From assembly GCA_041751095.1 (NCBI GenBank), contig JBGSYC010000128.1:559-64558 (forward strand): a stretch of 64,000 nt of DNA. Direction: 5' to 3'. Position 1 is the first letter of the stretch. Each line of letters begins with the position of its first letter. Below the pieces are notes generated by a model that was given only the letters and a program-made list of their open reading frames with translations, was not told where the DNA came from and ran no database searches. Position numbers and translations under genes: made by a program. Origin of the DNA: Flavihumibacter sp. GTDB lineage: Bacteria; Bacteroidota; Bacteroidia; Chitinophagales; Chitinophagaceae. Below are positions 28,248 through 38,732 of the stretch, piece after piece.

Positions 28248-28255
28248 TATATTTG
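28248..28255 (+). promoter_or_regulatory. Possible Bacteroidota -7 promoter element TATATTTG (consensus TAnnTTTG), 32 nt upstream of the ATG at 28287
   Basis: Motif match only. Confidence 0.3.
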
Positions 28256-28286
28256 CACTGTAATACATTTTCAATTTTCGGTAACC

Positions 28287-28868
28287 ATGTACGAGCAATT
28301 CTTCCGCAAATTCAATGAAAAAGTTTCCCTTACAGCGGATGAACAGGACTTTGTAAAACAATACCTTACTCCAAAGAAGCTACGAAAAAAGCAATACCTG
28401 CTTCAGGAGGGCGATGTATGCAAAAGCATTTGTGTTGTTGAAAAAGGTGCATTAAAAGCCTATGTTTTGGATGAGACCGGCGAAGAACACATTACAGCAT
28501 TTGCATTGGAAGGCTGGACAATGGGCGACCTCTATAGCTTTATCAAGCAGGAACCTGCCACACTAAACATAGATGCTCTTGAAGACTGTGAACTTGTCCT
28601 TATCAGCAAATCTGCTCATGATGAACTCCTGCAAAAGATGCCGAAATATGAAACTTATTTCCGCATTCTTATCACCGATGCTTATATGGCATTGCAAAAA
28701 CGAATGACCAGCGTCATCAGCCTTACGTTGGAAGAGCGGTACAAGGCGGTTTCTCAAATGTATCCTAACCTCATACAGCGGGTGCCTCAGCACATGATTG
28801 CATCCTTCATGGGTCTTTCTCCCGAAACACTAAGCCGCGTGAGAAGCAGGATTAACACAAGAAAGTAA
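28287..28868 (+). CDS. Crp/Fnr-family transcriptional regulator
   Basis: cNMP-binding fold pattern. HTH reads QRVPQHMIASFMGLSPETLSRVRSR. Confidence 0.85.
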   Translation: MYEQFFRKFNEKVSLTADEQDFVKQYLTPKKLRKKQYLLQEGDVCKSICVVEKGALKAYVLDETGEEHITAFALEGWTMGDLYSFIKQEPATLNIDALEDCELVLISKSAHDELLQKMPKYETYFRILITDAYMALQKRMTSVISLTLEERYKAVSQMYPNLIQRVPQHMIASFMGLSPETLSRVRSRINTRK

Positions 28869-28880
28869 AGGTCTTATCAA

Positions 28881-28904
28881 AAGCGTTGACAAAAATCAAC
28901 GCTT
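28881..28904 (+). terminator. Hairpin AAGCGTTGA-caaaaa-TCAACGCTT downstream of the Crp gene
   Basis: Perfect 9-bp stem read from the sequence. The T tract is weak (tctcc). Confidence 0.4.
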
Positions 28905-28997
28905 TCTCCTGCTCACGATCAACACTATTTCCTGCTCAAAAGCATTGGAGCAGGATAGCCTGCAATGGTAGTTTTGTATCACCAAAAACAAATAGAA

Positions 28998-29660
28998 ATG
29001 ACTACAAAACAAACAATCGCAGTAATCGGAGCAACGGGCAATATGGGTTCCGCTATCGCTAAAACACTTTCAAAAGGCAACAACAGACTGCTTCTTCTTG
29101 CTAACAACAAGTACAAGGTTCAATCTCTGGCAGACGAAATTACAAGCAGTAATTCATCGGCTGATGTAGAAGCGTATGAGTGTCCTACCAATGCGTCGTG
29201 GGAAGCAGACGTTATCATTCTTGCAGTTCCTTACCAGGCTGAAGAGGAAGTTGCTGCCAAAATCAAAGATGTCGCTAATACGAAAATTGTGATCAGCATT
29301 GCGAACCCGCTGAATGAAACCTACAGTGGTTTACTTACTGCACCTGATACAAGTGCGGCAGAAGAATTGCAAAAGCTGTTGCCCAACTCAAAAGTGGTAA
29401 AAGCGTTCAACACTACGTTTGCTGCTGACTTTTCAACCCCGGTAATAGACGGCAGGCAGGTAGATGCTTTCATTGCAGGTAATGACGCAGATGCGTTGGA
29501 AACAGTCTCAGCATTAGCGACTACAGCAGGTTTCAATCCAATCGTAGCAGGTGAATTATCAGTAAGCAGAACGCTTGAAAACATGGCGGTTTTACTGATA
29601 CAGTTGACAATGAAATACAACTACAACTGGTTAGCAGGCTTTAAAATTTTACACAATTAA
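28998..29660 (+). CDS. NADPH-dependent F420 reductase-like / NAD(P)-binding oxidoreductase
   Basis: IAVIGATGNMGSAIA Rossmann motif; about 220 aa. Start taken at MTTKQ (28998). Confidence 0.65.
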   Translation: MTTKQTIAVIGATGNMGSAIAKTLSKGNNRLLLLANNKYKVQSLADEITSSNSSADVEAYECPTNASWEADVIILAVPYQAEEEVAAKIKDVANTKIVISIANPLNETYSGLLTAPDTSAAEELQKLLPNSKVVKAFNTTFAADFSTPVIDGRQVDAFIAGNDADALETVSALATTAGFNPIVAGELSVSRTLENMAVLLIQLTMKYNYNWLAGFKILHN

Positions 29661-29690
29661 TTCACAACAAACTATTATAAAAGCAAAGAG

Positions 29691-30176
29691 ATGAAAAAGT
29701 TATTAGCAACAAATTCAGAAAACACTACCGCCCTAATTGCAAGGCTTGCATCGGGTATTGTAGTGTTTCCGCATGGCGCTCAAAAATTATTAGGCTGGTT
29801 CGGCGGCTATGGTTTTGAGGGTACAATGGGATTTCTGACAGGAACAGCTGGCTTGCCCTGGATCGTAGCCCTACTGGTTATCCTGATTGAATTTTTCGGT
29901 GCATTATTTCTTATTGCAGGTTTTGTCACGCGTTTAGCTGCAATCGGTGTGATTGGAAATTTCATAGGAGTAGTAGTTACATCCCACCTTAACAATGGCT
30001 TCTTTATGAACTGGTACAGCGAGCCGAATAAAGGAGAAGGGATTGAGTTTTTTATTCTTCTTTTCGGCTTGGCAATTATCTCTCTGATTGCAGGAGGCGG
30101 TAGGGCAAGTGTTGACGCGGCGATTACCAAAGGTGCGATAGCCAATCAAAGAACATCTAAGGCAATCATCGCATAG
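29691..30176 (+). CDS. DoxX-family membrane protein
   Basis: Four TM segments; GAQKLLGWFGGYGFEGTMGF is a typical DoxX N-terminus. Confidence 0.8.
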   Translation: MKKLLATNSENTTALIARLASGIVVFPHGAQKLLGWFGGYGFEGTMGFLTGTAGLPWIVALLVILIEFFGALFLIAGFVTRLAAIGVIGNFIGVVVTSHLNNGFFMNWYSEPNKGEGIEFFILLFGLAIISLIAGGGRASVDAAITKGAIANQRTSKAIIA

Positions 30177-30311
30177 GTATTCGTACAATTAAAACATAGC
30201 TGCTAAAATGGAACGAAAGTGATTTAGTAACCAAGGCTAATGATGTACAGCCAAAAGTATTTGTAGCTTACGGCGTACAGGATAATACCTTATCTATATA
30301 GTATTCAAGAG

Positions 30312-30638
30312 ATGCAAAATCTTATGAAAGAAAGAGTTCAAGATAAAATAAATCGTGTTCGGGAGCTTGCAAAAACGTCCGTAAAGGAAAAGGTTGCAAA
30401 TGCGGGCGGAAACTTTCGTTCTGCTGATAGTTTGTCACATGTAGTTCGTAACGCTAAAGAAGCAAATGTTTTTTTAGAAGAACTAGAAGTTGCTATTCGC
30501 ATTTCCAAAAAAAATAGAAATTTTATAAGAATTGAAATGAAACGGTTTGAAGTTATTCGAACCGTTTTTGTTTTTAGCTTAAGCTTGCTGAATAAAGATT
30601 TACAAGTACAGGTGAGTGACACAACCAAAGCTCAATAG
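30312..30638 (+). CDS. Hypothetical protein (doubtful 3' end)
   Basis: ORF track only. A terminator-like hairpin plus T-run lies inside the ORF at 30540-30576. Confidence 0.25.
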   Translation: MQNLMKERVQDKINRVRELAKTSVKEKVANAGGNFRSADSLSHVVRNAKEANVFLEELEVAIRISKKNRNFIRIEMKRFEVIRTVFVFSLSLLNKDLQVQVSDTTKAQ

Positions 30639-30685
30639 TAGCACTAAAGTTAAGTACATAACCCTTTTAAATCCTCCTCAACTCA

Positions 30686-30832
30686 TCAATTAGGCGAGCT
30701 CCGATACTCATTAGGTGAGTACCCCACCTGCTGCTTAAAAAACCGGGAAAAATGATTAGGGTACTTAAAACCGAGTTCGTAAGCAATTTCGCTGACTGAC
30801 TTATCGTATTGGAATTGCCTGAACTCAGCTTT
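30686..30832 (-). pseudogene. C-terminal fragment of an AraC-family regulator (second HTH only)
   Basis: Minus strand reads KAEFRQFQYDKSVSEIAYELGFKYPNHFSRFFKQQVGYSPNEYRSSPN*, preceded by a stop. Confidence 0.65.
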
Positions 30833-30860
30833 TCACACGCCGGTATAATATTGCAGAAGA

Positions 30861-31200
30861 CTAAAAATTATTCCGTACACCAACTTGTAGCTGAAATGGG
30901 TCTCCTGATGGATTTATTATGCCTGCTGTATTAACTCTGTAGTTGAATCTAACATTTTCCGCATCGGTATAAGGTCCGCCAAGCGGGAGCTCCTTAAAGG
31001 TAAATTCGCCCTGCGCATTCGTTAAAGCCTTTGTGGAGAACCCTGTTGATTCGTTTCGCACCAAAACCGTGGCTCCCAACTGCGGTTTTTTTTCATTGTT
31101 TACCACTATCCCCGAGATGGAGGCCTGTGTTGTCTGGGCAATCACCGCTTCATTTATAACACAGCAAATATTAATAAACCGCAAAGTAAATTTTGCAACA
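30861..31200 (-). pseudogene. TonB-dependent receptor remnant: N-terminal carboxypeptidase-regulatory-like segment fused to the last 35 aa or so of the barrel
   Basis: ISGIVVNNEKKPQLGATVLVRNESTGFSTKALTNAQGEFTFKELPLGGPYT is followed directly by ...FQLQVGVRNNF (terminal aromatic). A signal-peptide-like MLQNLLCGLLIFAVL lies in another frame upstream. Confidence 0.65.
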
Positions 31201-31313
31201 TATAACTGTTTGATTTTTGGTTCGACGTTAGTTTCTGAGCAGCTAATATAATTCTGCTCTATTAAACCTTTATTACATTAACGTGAACCTTGTAGTACTA
31301 AATTCTTCCCTGC

Positions 31314-31457
31314 CTGAACTATGATTTGAATGATCTTGGGATAGGCTATGAATTTCTCATAGTGTTCATTAAATCAAATGAATGTCTGAACTATGATTTG
31401 AATGATTTTGGGATGGGCTATGAATTTCTCATAGTGTTCATTAAATCAAATGAATCA
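31314..31457. repeat. Tandem duplication, 2 x 72 bp (2 mismatches over the first 70 nt); the second copy includes the stop codon and last 5 codons of the DUF3667 gene
   Basis: Copy 1 is 31314-31385 and copy 2 is 31386-31457, compared base by base. Each unit contains the hairpin CTATGA-atttc-TCATAG. Confidence 0.9.
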
Positions 31458-32190
31458 TAGTTAAAGACCTTGCCGTGGACAGAAAATCTATCAGCCAGTC
31501 TTGTATAACACCCGCCAAAAGAAAGCACAAAATAGTAACGAAGATAGTTTTAATGATTACCGTGCTCTTTGAAACATCGTTAAAAAAATTCTTGTTGGTA
31601 ATAATGGTGTAAATGATGATAGGAGGAAGTTCTACGTAACGGGTTTGTAAATGAGGCCATATAAATTTTAATAGATGAACCGAAGCCGTAAACAGCATTA
31701 CCAAAGAAAGACTGTACAGAATTAATATCAGTATCTCCGCATAATAATACTTTGAATTATAAAAAAATAAATAGGTAAGTAACGTATAAACGGGCAACAT
31801 CACGATTTGTAAGATAACCATGTATTGATGAAAGAAAGAAGCCTCGTCCGGATTGCCGGCGTTATAATATTTCATCAGCGTCAGGTTAATCCAATAGTAG
31901 ACTAATGCAGCGAATGTTGCGCATAAAAAGAACATGGAAAAGGGCTTTTGATGCCTGCCTCTGTTTCCTTCAACATATTCTTTCTGCATTTGTCCGGGAG
32001 CAATGATCAATCGTTTCAATGTATATGGAAAACCCCTGTCTAAATGGGTAAAAAAATGGAAAACCTCATGTACAATATTAGAGATTGTCAATCTTTTGAT
32101 TGCAAAAGGTTGTCCGCAAACATTACAGTACTTGCCCGGTCCATAAGCCCCGCATTGTTTACACGGTTGCTCTGTTGAAATATTGGTCAT
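31441..32190 (-). CDS. DUF3667-like membrane protein with N-terminal zinc-ribbon
   Basis: CKQCGAYGPGKYCNVCGQPF followed by multiple TM helices. Confidence 0.65.
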   Translation of the reverse strand: MTNISTEQPCKQCGAYGPGKYCNVCGQPFAIKRLTISNIVHEVFHFFTHLDRGFPYTLKRLIIAPGQMQKEYVEGNRGRHQKPFSMFFLCATFAALVYYWINLTLMKYYNAGNPDEASFFHQYMVILQIVMLPVYTLLTYLFFYNSKYYYAEILILILYSLSLVMLFTASVHLLKFIWPHLQTRYVELPPIIIYTIITNKNFFNDVSKSTVIIKTIFVTILCFLLAGVIQDWLIDFLSTARSLTMIHLI

Positions 32191-32363
32191 GGATTTGAAA
32201 AAATTTGTGATCCATACACAAGAATAATAAATATTTTTAAAAGGGTTTACGTCATTATTTCGGGAATGTGCTTTTACACGTCGATTTTGAGGTGAATGTT
32301 AGCAATTGAATTTTCTTCTCTTTTTACTGCCAGAAATTCTCCACTTGTTGGAAAACGAATCAG

Positions 32364-35159
32364 TTAATTGGTTCTTCTTCCCTTTTTTTGCTCTTTTATC
32401 TTCTTATCCAATTCCTCGCTGTCTTTTAACATCTGTTTTGGATGATCCATGTCTGAATTTGATTCTAACGCTTTCCAGTTGAATTTCTCATCAATAGGGG
32501 TAAGTGCCTTTTGCGGATCAAATATGAGGCTGTCAACAGCAATAGCGTTGTACGGGGTGAAATCGGGCTTATCCGTAAACAGATCCGCCATATCGGCTGC
32601 ACCTGCATCGTATTGATTAAGGTAAGGGATGCCTAACGAGTTCCACAGCGTTTTAAAAATGCTGCCAAAACTATAATGCACCTTACCTGCATACCGTTTT
32701 TTTGCATAAGGAGATATTACCATCAATATACTCCGGTGTGCATCTACATGATCTACGCCACCCTGCGAATCATCTTCAGTGATCACGATAGCCATGTTTT
32801 TCCAGTAAGGTGTTCTTGACAGGTATTCTACCACCCTTCCAATCGCGAGGTCATTATCTGCCATGTAGCTTTCTCTGAAGGGATACCCGTCTTCCGGACG
32901 CTCTTCGGCGCCATGGTCATTGGGAATACGAGCCGTTATCACAGCCGGCAAAGGTTTACCGGGTTTTCTCCACCTTTCTTCCACTTCTTTAATAAACATA
33001 TCTGCACGGAATTGGTCGGGGATGGCGGTATTGTACACAGGAAACAGCCTGGACGAATGTTCAATCAATTTTGCGGGCATAGGGTAGTTGACCATATATT
33101 TTACCCCTAACGGTTTAAAATCCTGATCATTCAGCCTTGCTGCCAATCCGAGGCCTAATCCAAAATTGAAATAGTCAATATTATTCCTTTCAAAATGATC
33201 CCATATAGAACCGGCTTCATTATAATCCTCAGGATAAATGGCGCTGGAAGAGCCAACCATAGACAAATTGCCAGGTGCCCCTGAGTTTGCACGCATGCTT
33301 CGATTGCCACCATAACTGGCCGAAGTACTTGTTTCTACCCATTCATTAGGATAAGTGCCCACAAGCCAGCGATGACCATCGGCGGAATGGTCTGCATCCA
33401 CATAGAAATTATCACCAATTGCGAACCGTTCAGCTAATGATAAATGATTGTGAGCAATGGTTACGTTGGTAACCGTATTTGTTTTTTTCGTGTTTGTTAC
33501 CATGGGAACGTTCCTGCCAAACCTGGCAATCGTTGAATCTCCGTTTGCATAGGATAACTGACCCAATACTTCGTCATATGTTCTGTTTTCTTTTGGTATA
33601 AAAACCCAATGTTTTATTGGTGATGATCTTTGCTTAGGAAAGAGTGGAATGGGATTTCTTTGACGGGACTGAAATGATTTACTGTTCACCGGCTCAAAAC
33701 GAAAGTTATTATCAATTACCTGTTGGGTGTATTTCTTCAGCAAAGCGTCGTCGGGAATCCCAATAATGGAAATAGTGCCCTTCATCAGCCGGCCGATATT
33801 GCTCCCTTCAGGGCCAGGAACAAAATCCTTTCCGCCATTCGGGCCGCTTCCATATCCCTTTGCATTAGCTACATACATTTCTTTACCGTCGTTGCTGACA
33901 GTAATCTTTGCCGGGAACCATCCGGCCGGTATATGCCCTGTCACTGTCATGCTGTTGATATCAATAACTGCCACCGCATTAATTCCGGCTTCTGCTGCAA
34001 ACAATCTCTTCTTATCCGCAGACAGTGCGAGGCCAAACGGGATAACGCCCCTTAAATTTTTCAGTCTTGGTTCAGGACTTAGCGGAATATTATTTAGCAA
34101 AACATTTGTTTGGGCATCAATTACGGAGATACAATCGTTATTGCCATTGCTTACGAAAATATATTGGTCTGATGCAACGATTGAATTAGGGCTTGACCCT
34201 CCAACGGCAGGCACACCATTAATTAATTCTCCTATCCTGATGCCTGTTTTTACCTTAGCAGTTACTGCAGGTTTTCGTGAAGCAGCAAGGTCTATTGTCC
34301 ATACAGAAAATGCTTCCGGAGCATACGGATCGCCCAATGCAGGAATGTTAACTGAATCATTTTTAAAATCGCTGCAGGTCTCTTTTGATAAATAATCAAA
34401 AGCAGGAAATGGAAGCGCTGTGCCAGCGAGATTTTTGGGGTCTAAGCTATTGATGAGCTTGTATTCATACATCCCGACATTTGCTACATAAACTTTCTTT
34501 TCATTGGGCGATAAGGCAATTCCAAAAGGATACCTGCCGACCGGTATGCTGTATAAAAGTTTTTCATTTTCTACATCCACGATAACCATGCGAAAACCAA
34601 TCTGATCTACTGCATACAATCGTTTGCCATCTCTACTAAGCATCATATCTCCAATGTAGCCGTGCGTGTAATCATTGCTGTCAGTTTTCACGGCACAATC
34701 AATATATCCCTGCGCTTCGCCGTTAATGAGACTGAATTTATATATCCGGTTTTGCTGGCCCCCGGCAACATAAACAGTGCTGTTAGCAGGGTTTATTGCT
34801 AAGCCCATAAATACCGAAGCCAAAACGCCGTTTTGCGTAGCAGGCCCTGGTGGTATTTGCTGAACTGTGGGATTATCAGCATGAATATCACGAATGATAG
34901 AAACAGACAGCGGACTTGTGCCTGAATTGGCGGTTACCAGTGTATTACCATCGGGACTGATGATTAACCCGTAAGGATGCGGGGCTACCATAACCTGTTT
35001 TCCTGCGGGCTCAACGATACGTCCATTGGGTATGATTGTCTGGCCATTTTTTACTATTCGTGTTGGCAAATTGCCCGCAGGCGGTGTAATAACATATTGT
35101 GCATTGGTTGCGAATGAATACAGGCAGAATAAGATTGACATTACCGATAGACGTATCAT
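32364..35159 (-). CDS. Secreted fusion of a YncE-like beta-propeller with a phosphoesterase/alkaline-phosphatase-superfamily domain
   Basis: Repeated ...LYVAN.G...VIDV... propeller blades in the N-terminal half. The C-terminal half has ITEDDSQGGVDHVDAHRS (phosphoesterase-like DE..GG.DHV block). 931 aa. Confidence 0.75.
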   Translation of the reverse strand: MIRLSVMSILFCLYSFATNAQYVITPPAGNLPTRIVKNGQTIIPNGRIVEPAGKQVMVAPHPYGLIISPDGNTLVTANSGTSPLSVSIIRDIHADNPTVQQIPPGPATQNGVLASVFMGLAINPANSTVYVAGGQQNRIYKFSLINGEAQGYIDCAVKTDSNDYTHGYIGDMMLSRDGKRLYAVDQIGFRMVIVDVENEKLLYSIPVGRYPFGIALSPNEKKVYVANVGMYEYKLINSLDPKNLAGTALPFPAFDYLSKETCSDFKNDSVNIPALGDPYAPEAFSVWTIDLAASRKPAVTAKVKTGIRIGELINGVPAVGGSSPNSIVASDQYIFVSNGNNDCISVIDAQTNVLLNNIPLSPEPRLKNLRGVIPFGLALSADKKRLFAAEAGINAVAVIDINSMTVTGHIPAGWFPAKITVSNDGKEMYVANAKGYGSGPNGGKDFVPGPEGSNIGRLMKGTISIIGIPDDALLKKYTQQVIDNNFRFEPVNSKSFQSRQRNPIPLFPKQRSSPIKHWVFIPKENRTYDEVLGQLSYANGDSTIARFGRNVPMVTNTKKTNTVTNVTIAHNHLSLAERFAIGDNFYVDADHSADGHRWLVGTYPNEWVETSTSASYGGNRSMRANSGAPGNLSMVGSSSAIYPEDYNEAGSIWDHFERNNIDYFNFGLGLGLAARLNDQDFKPLGVKYMVNYPMPAKLIEHSSRLFPVYNTAIPDQFRADMFIKEVEERWRKPGKPLPAVITARIPNDHGAEERPEDGYPFRESYMADNDLAIGRVVEYLSRTPYWKNMAIVITEDDSQGGVDHVDAHRSILMVISPYAKKRYAGKVHYSFGSIFKTLWNSLGIPYLNQYDAGAADMADLFTDKPDFTPYNAIAVDSLIFDPQKALTPIDEKFNWKALESNSDMDHPKQMLKDSEELDKKIKEQKKGRRTN

Positions 35160-35180
35160 CGATGTAGTTTTGTTTTTTAA

Positions 35181-36959
35181 TTAATATCCTGCGGCGTGTC
35201 CGTCTTTCCGGGATTCTGATGCCCCATAATAAACTTTCTTTTCAGCATCCCACTTAATAGCCTGGTATCCTCCAAAATGACGCAGGTCGTAGCCTGCGTG
35301 ATGGCCTCTTTTCATCAGCTCAATAATTACTTCCGGGGCAAAACCATTTTCCAGAAAAACACGACCACCATTGCGTTGTGCAGCTTCTCCTGCCGGTGTT
35401 GAAGACCCTTCGTGATTGATGCGGGGTGCATCGCCGGCTTCCTGTAAATTCATGTCAAAATCTATCAGATTGACAATTATCTGCACCTGTCCGAGCGGCT
35501 GCATATCACCACCCATCACACCGAAACTTACATAAGGCCTCTCTTTTTTGGTAACAAAGCCGGGAATAAGGGTATGAAAGGGCCGCTTCCCGGGAGCATA
35601 AGTATTCATGCGGCCCTCTTCGAGACTGAAAGCGCTTCCCCGGTTTTGTAAACTAAAGCCAAGCTCCCCGGGAACAATCCCCGAACCCATACCTGCAAAA
35701 TTGCTTTGGATCAATGATACCATGTTTCCTTCATTATCGGCTACGCTTAAACAGATAGTGTTATTACCTTTTTCTATATCTCCTGCCCTATAATCTGTTT
35801 TTGCTTTTCCCGGATCAATTAACCTTCGTCTTCGTTCGGCGTAGTCTTTATTCAAAAGGGCTTCTACCGGAACTTCATGAAAGGCCGGATCGGCATAGTA
35901 AGCCGCCCGGTCTTCAAAAGCCAACTTCTTTGCTTCCACAAAATGGTGGATATAATCAGCGCTGCCAAATCCCATTTCTCTTATGTTACATCCTTCAAGA
36001 ATGTTCAACATTTGAAGTACCGCCAATCCCTGACTATTGGGAGGTAATTGCCAAACCTGGTAACCGCGGTAATCTGTACTGACCGGTGTTACCCATTCAG
36101 ACTTATGAGTCATCAGGTCTTCCCGGCTTAAAAATCCTCCGGCGCTTTTAACCGTTCTTTCAATAGCTGCCGCAATAACGCCTTTATAAAAAGCATCCTT
36201 TCCCCCCTCAATAATGCGCTCTAATGTATTGGCAAGGTGAATATTTTTAAAGATTTCACCTTTTTCCGGCGCTTTGTTGCCCGGCATATATGTTTTTGCA
36301 AATCCCGGATAGGTATGCAAAGTATTTGCATACTCTTTCCACAAAAATGCGATGACTTCCGTTACCGGAAACCCCTGCCGTGCATATTTCACGGTCGGCT
36401 GTAGCAATTCAGGCATAGGCAATTTGCCAAAACGCTCATGCATGGCGTACCATCCGTCTACACAACCGGGCACTGAAACTGATAAGGCCCCGTACGTTGG
36501 TATCTTCTGTATCCGCTGCTGTTTGAAGTAATCTTTTGTCAATGATCGCGGAGATCTGCCGCTACCATTCAAGCCATATAATTTTTGGGTCCTGGCATCC
36601 CATATAAGCGCAAACAGATCACCTCCCAAACCATTACCTGTTGGTTCTACCAAACCCAACATACAATTAGCTGCTATAGCTGCGTCTATGGCTGTTCCCC
36701 CTTTTTGTAAAATATCGATGGCCACTTGGGTGGCCAAAGGATGACTGGTAGCAGCCATACCATGTTGTGCAATGACTTCTGATCTTGTTGCAAAGCTTTT
36801 GCCTGTATAGCGGAACTGACCTGAACATACAGGGATAGAGAAAGTGAGAATGCCACAGACGGATATCCAATGTCTGTTGAACACTCCTGTACAAAAATAC
36901 CTTAACCACAATGCAAAGGCACGTTGTTTCACAAAGAACATTTTGAAAGCTATTTTCAA
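35181..36959 (-). CDS. ggt: Gamma-glutamyltransferase
   Basis: GGDLFALIW; autoprocessing/nucleophile region GNNTICLSVADNEGNMVSLIQSNFAGMGSG; GVMGGDMQPQ-like block. The true start may be a downstream Met. Confidence 0.9.
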   Translation of the reverse strand: MKIAFKMFFVKQRAFALWLRYFCTGVFNRHWISVCGILTFSIPVCSGQFRYTGKSFATRSEVIAQHGMAATSHPLATQVAIDILQKGGTAIDAAIAANCMLGLVEPTGNGLGGDLFALIWDARTQKLYGLNGSGRSPRSLTKDYFKQQRIQKIPTYGALSVSVPGCVDGWYAMHERFGKLPMPELLQPTVKYARQGFPVTEVIAFLWKEYANTLHTYPGFAKTYMPGNKAPEKGEIFKNIHLANTLERIIEGGKDAFYKGVIAAAIERTVKSAGGFLSREDLMTHKSEWVTPVSTDYRGYQVWQLPPNSQGLAVLQMLNILEGCNIREMGFGSADYIHHFVEAKKLAFEDRAAYYADPAFHEVPVEALLNKDYAERRRRLIDPGKAKTDYRAGDIEKGNNTICLSVADNEGNMVSLIQSNFAGMGSGIVPGELGFSLQNRGSAFSLEEGRMNTYAPGKRPFHTLIPGFVTKKERPYVSFGVMGGDMQPLGQVQIIVNLIDFDMNLQEAGDAPRINHEGSSTPAGEAAQRNGGRVFLENGFAPEVIIELMKRGHHAGYDLRHFGGYQAIKWDAEKKVYYGASESRKDGHAAGY

Positions 36960-37228
36960 CGTTATGATCTTTCTTTTTTAAGTTGGCTTCAAAATTTTAT
37001 TTGTCTTTCCTTACACGAACGGCCTACCACACTCTCTTGTCATCTTTCATGAGCCCCTTTTTGGCTTTGTGTTATGTAGCGACCTCTCGGGCGAAATGAA
37101 AGATCACTGAAACTTTTGCAGGCTGTGATTTCTGAACTTGCCAATATACCGGCGAAATCCAGTAAAGTAATAAGGTTGAAAAGGAAATAAACAAAACAGG
37201 TTAATTTTCCTGTTCGATATAATAACCA

Positions 37229-38716
37229 TCATTCTTTATCCCACCAAACTTTAGTGTTGATGTTATCAGGACCCTGTATGCTTACTGCGGCAGCATAGTT
37301 TTCCCGGTTAGTGACCTGTTGTTCATCGGGATACTGAAATCTTACAGGAATTTGGTTATTGTTATTATTTACAAATGAAGGAGTAAGATTGGGGATACCT
37401 GTACGTTTCCATTCGTGCCATGCCTGCAGATCATTAAAGAACAGCGCAATCCACCGTTGTGTGCCTATCACTTGCATGCCGTTAGCTTCATTGAAAGCAA
37501 CCCCGGGTTGATTCAAATAACCGGCAGAAGCATTGATGTTAGTTCCTGACACATTTCTGTAATAGTCAACAGATAATTTTATACCATCTTCATAAAGCGC
37601 TTTGGCATCGCCGCTGATCCATCCTTTCAAAGCAGCTTCCGCTAAAATAAATTTCACTTCCGAAACAGTCATCACCAATCCTTCTGCTCTCACGGGCACC
37701 TGCAGACCCAGATAGTAAATAGTACCAAGAGCCGATACTTTCCTGTCAATATTACTGCCGAGGTTAGCATCCGTTTCTCCACTGCGTACGCCTGCCCATT
37801 TTGGTTGTGCCGTACCTGCAGATTCAGCGGTTGGCTGTGCAAACACACGCAATCGGGGGTCATTAAATTCGTTTAATTTATCGGCGAAAGTTTTACCCAG
37901 GCGTCTGTCAAAAAAGAAACCTGAACGCTGACCGGTGATGGGAAAAAGATTGGGTGATTCTACGTATTTCAATGCCGCATTATCGTTGTTTGCCATCATA
38001 ACAGGGTAGGTAGCCGTATTATTGATCATTTCCTGCATAGCGGCAGCAGGATTTACCTTGTTTGACTGGCGCAACAGTAAACGCAGCTTCAGGGAATTAG
38101 CAAACCGCTTCCACCTGGTTACATCCCCGTTAAATAGAATATCGCTTCGGATGGCTCCGCCGTTAGCAGATAATAACCTGTTTGCTTCTGTTAATTCAGC
38201 TATTAAACCTTTGTATATGTCTTGCTGGCGGTCGTACTTTGGAGTGTAAACGGGGTCGGCCTGTTTTCCTTTAAGCGCTTCGGTATAGGGAAGATCACCA
38301 TAACAGTCTGTCATCCTTGAAAAGATCAGGGCCCGCATTACCAGGGCTACGCCTTTATAATTGTTGAGGTTTCTTTCGCTGCCAATGTCGTAAAGATTTT
38401 GAACATTTCGCAGGGTATTGTAACCATTGCTCCAAACGCCAAACGAACCCCATTGATACCGGTCTGTTCCCGGCTCGCGGATCTCTGCTGACTGCTGGGC
38501 TACAACATTACCAATAGAAAAAGCATCATTCACCATCTGGTTTACCGTACCACGAATGATACTGACCATCAGAAGTTCAGGATTCACTTCTTCGGGGTTG
38601 TTGGGATTTTTATTGACTTCTTCAAAACCTTTATCGCATCCTGCAAAAGCAAACAGTACAATAAGAATTAAAGAGGTAAGAATATGTTTGTGTGGCATTT
38701 TATCAAAAATTGACAA
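37229..38716 (-). CDS. SusD-like (SusD_2-type) outer-membrane lipoprotein
   Basis: Lipobox LFAFAGC and NPNNPEEVNPELL. Lies directly downstream of SusC. Confidence 0.8.
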   Translation of the reverse strand: MSIFDKMPHKHILTSLILIVLFAFAGCDKGFEEVNKNPNNPEEVNPELLMVSIIRGTVNQMVNDAFSIGNVVAQQSAEIREPGTDRYQWGSFGVWSNGYNTLRNVQNLYDIGSERNLNNYKGVALVMRALIFSRMTDCYGDLPYTEALKGKQADPVYTPKYDRQQDIYKGLIAELTEANRLLSANGGAIRSDILFNGDVTRWKRFANSLKLRLLLRQSNKVNPAAAMQEMINNTATYPVMMANNDNAALKYVESPNLFPITGQRSGFFFDRRLGKTFADKLNEFNDPRLRVFAQPTAESAGTAQPKWAGVRSGETDANLGSNIDRKVSALGTIYYLGLQVPVRAEGLVMTVSEVKFILAEAALKGWISGDAKALYEDGIKLSVDYYRNVSGTNINASAGYLNQPGVAFNEANGMQVIGTQRWIALFFNDLQAWHEWKRTGIPNLTPSFVNNNNNQIPVRFQYPDEQQVTNRENYAAAVSIQGPDNINTKVWWDKE

Positions 38717-38732
38717 TTGGTAAAATTATTTA

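Noticed and set aside
30540-30576. Terminator-like hairpin AAACGGTT-n12-AACCGTTT plus T-run.
   Set aside because: It lies inside the 30312-30638 ORF, so I cannot tell whether it is a real terminator (making the ORF 3' end spurious) or coincidental. I did not report it as a feature.
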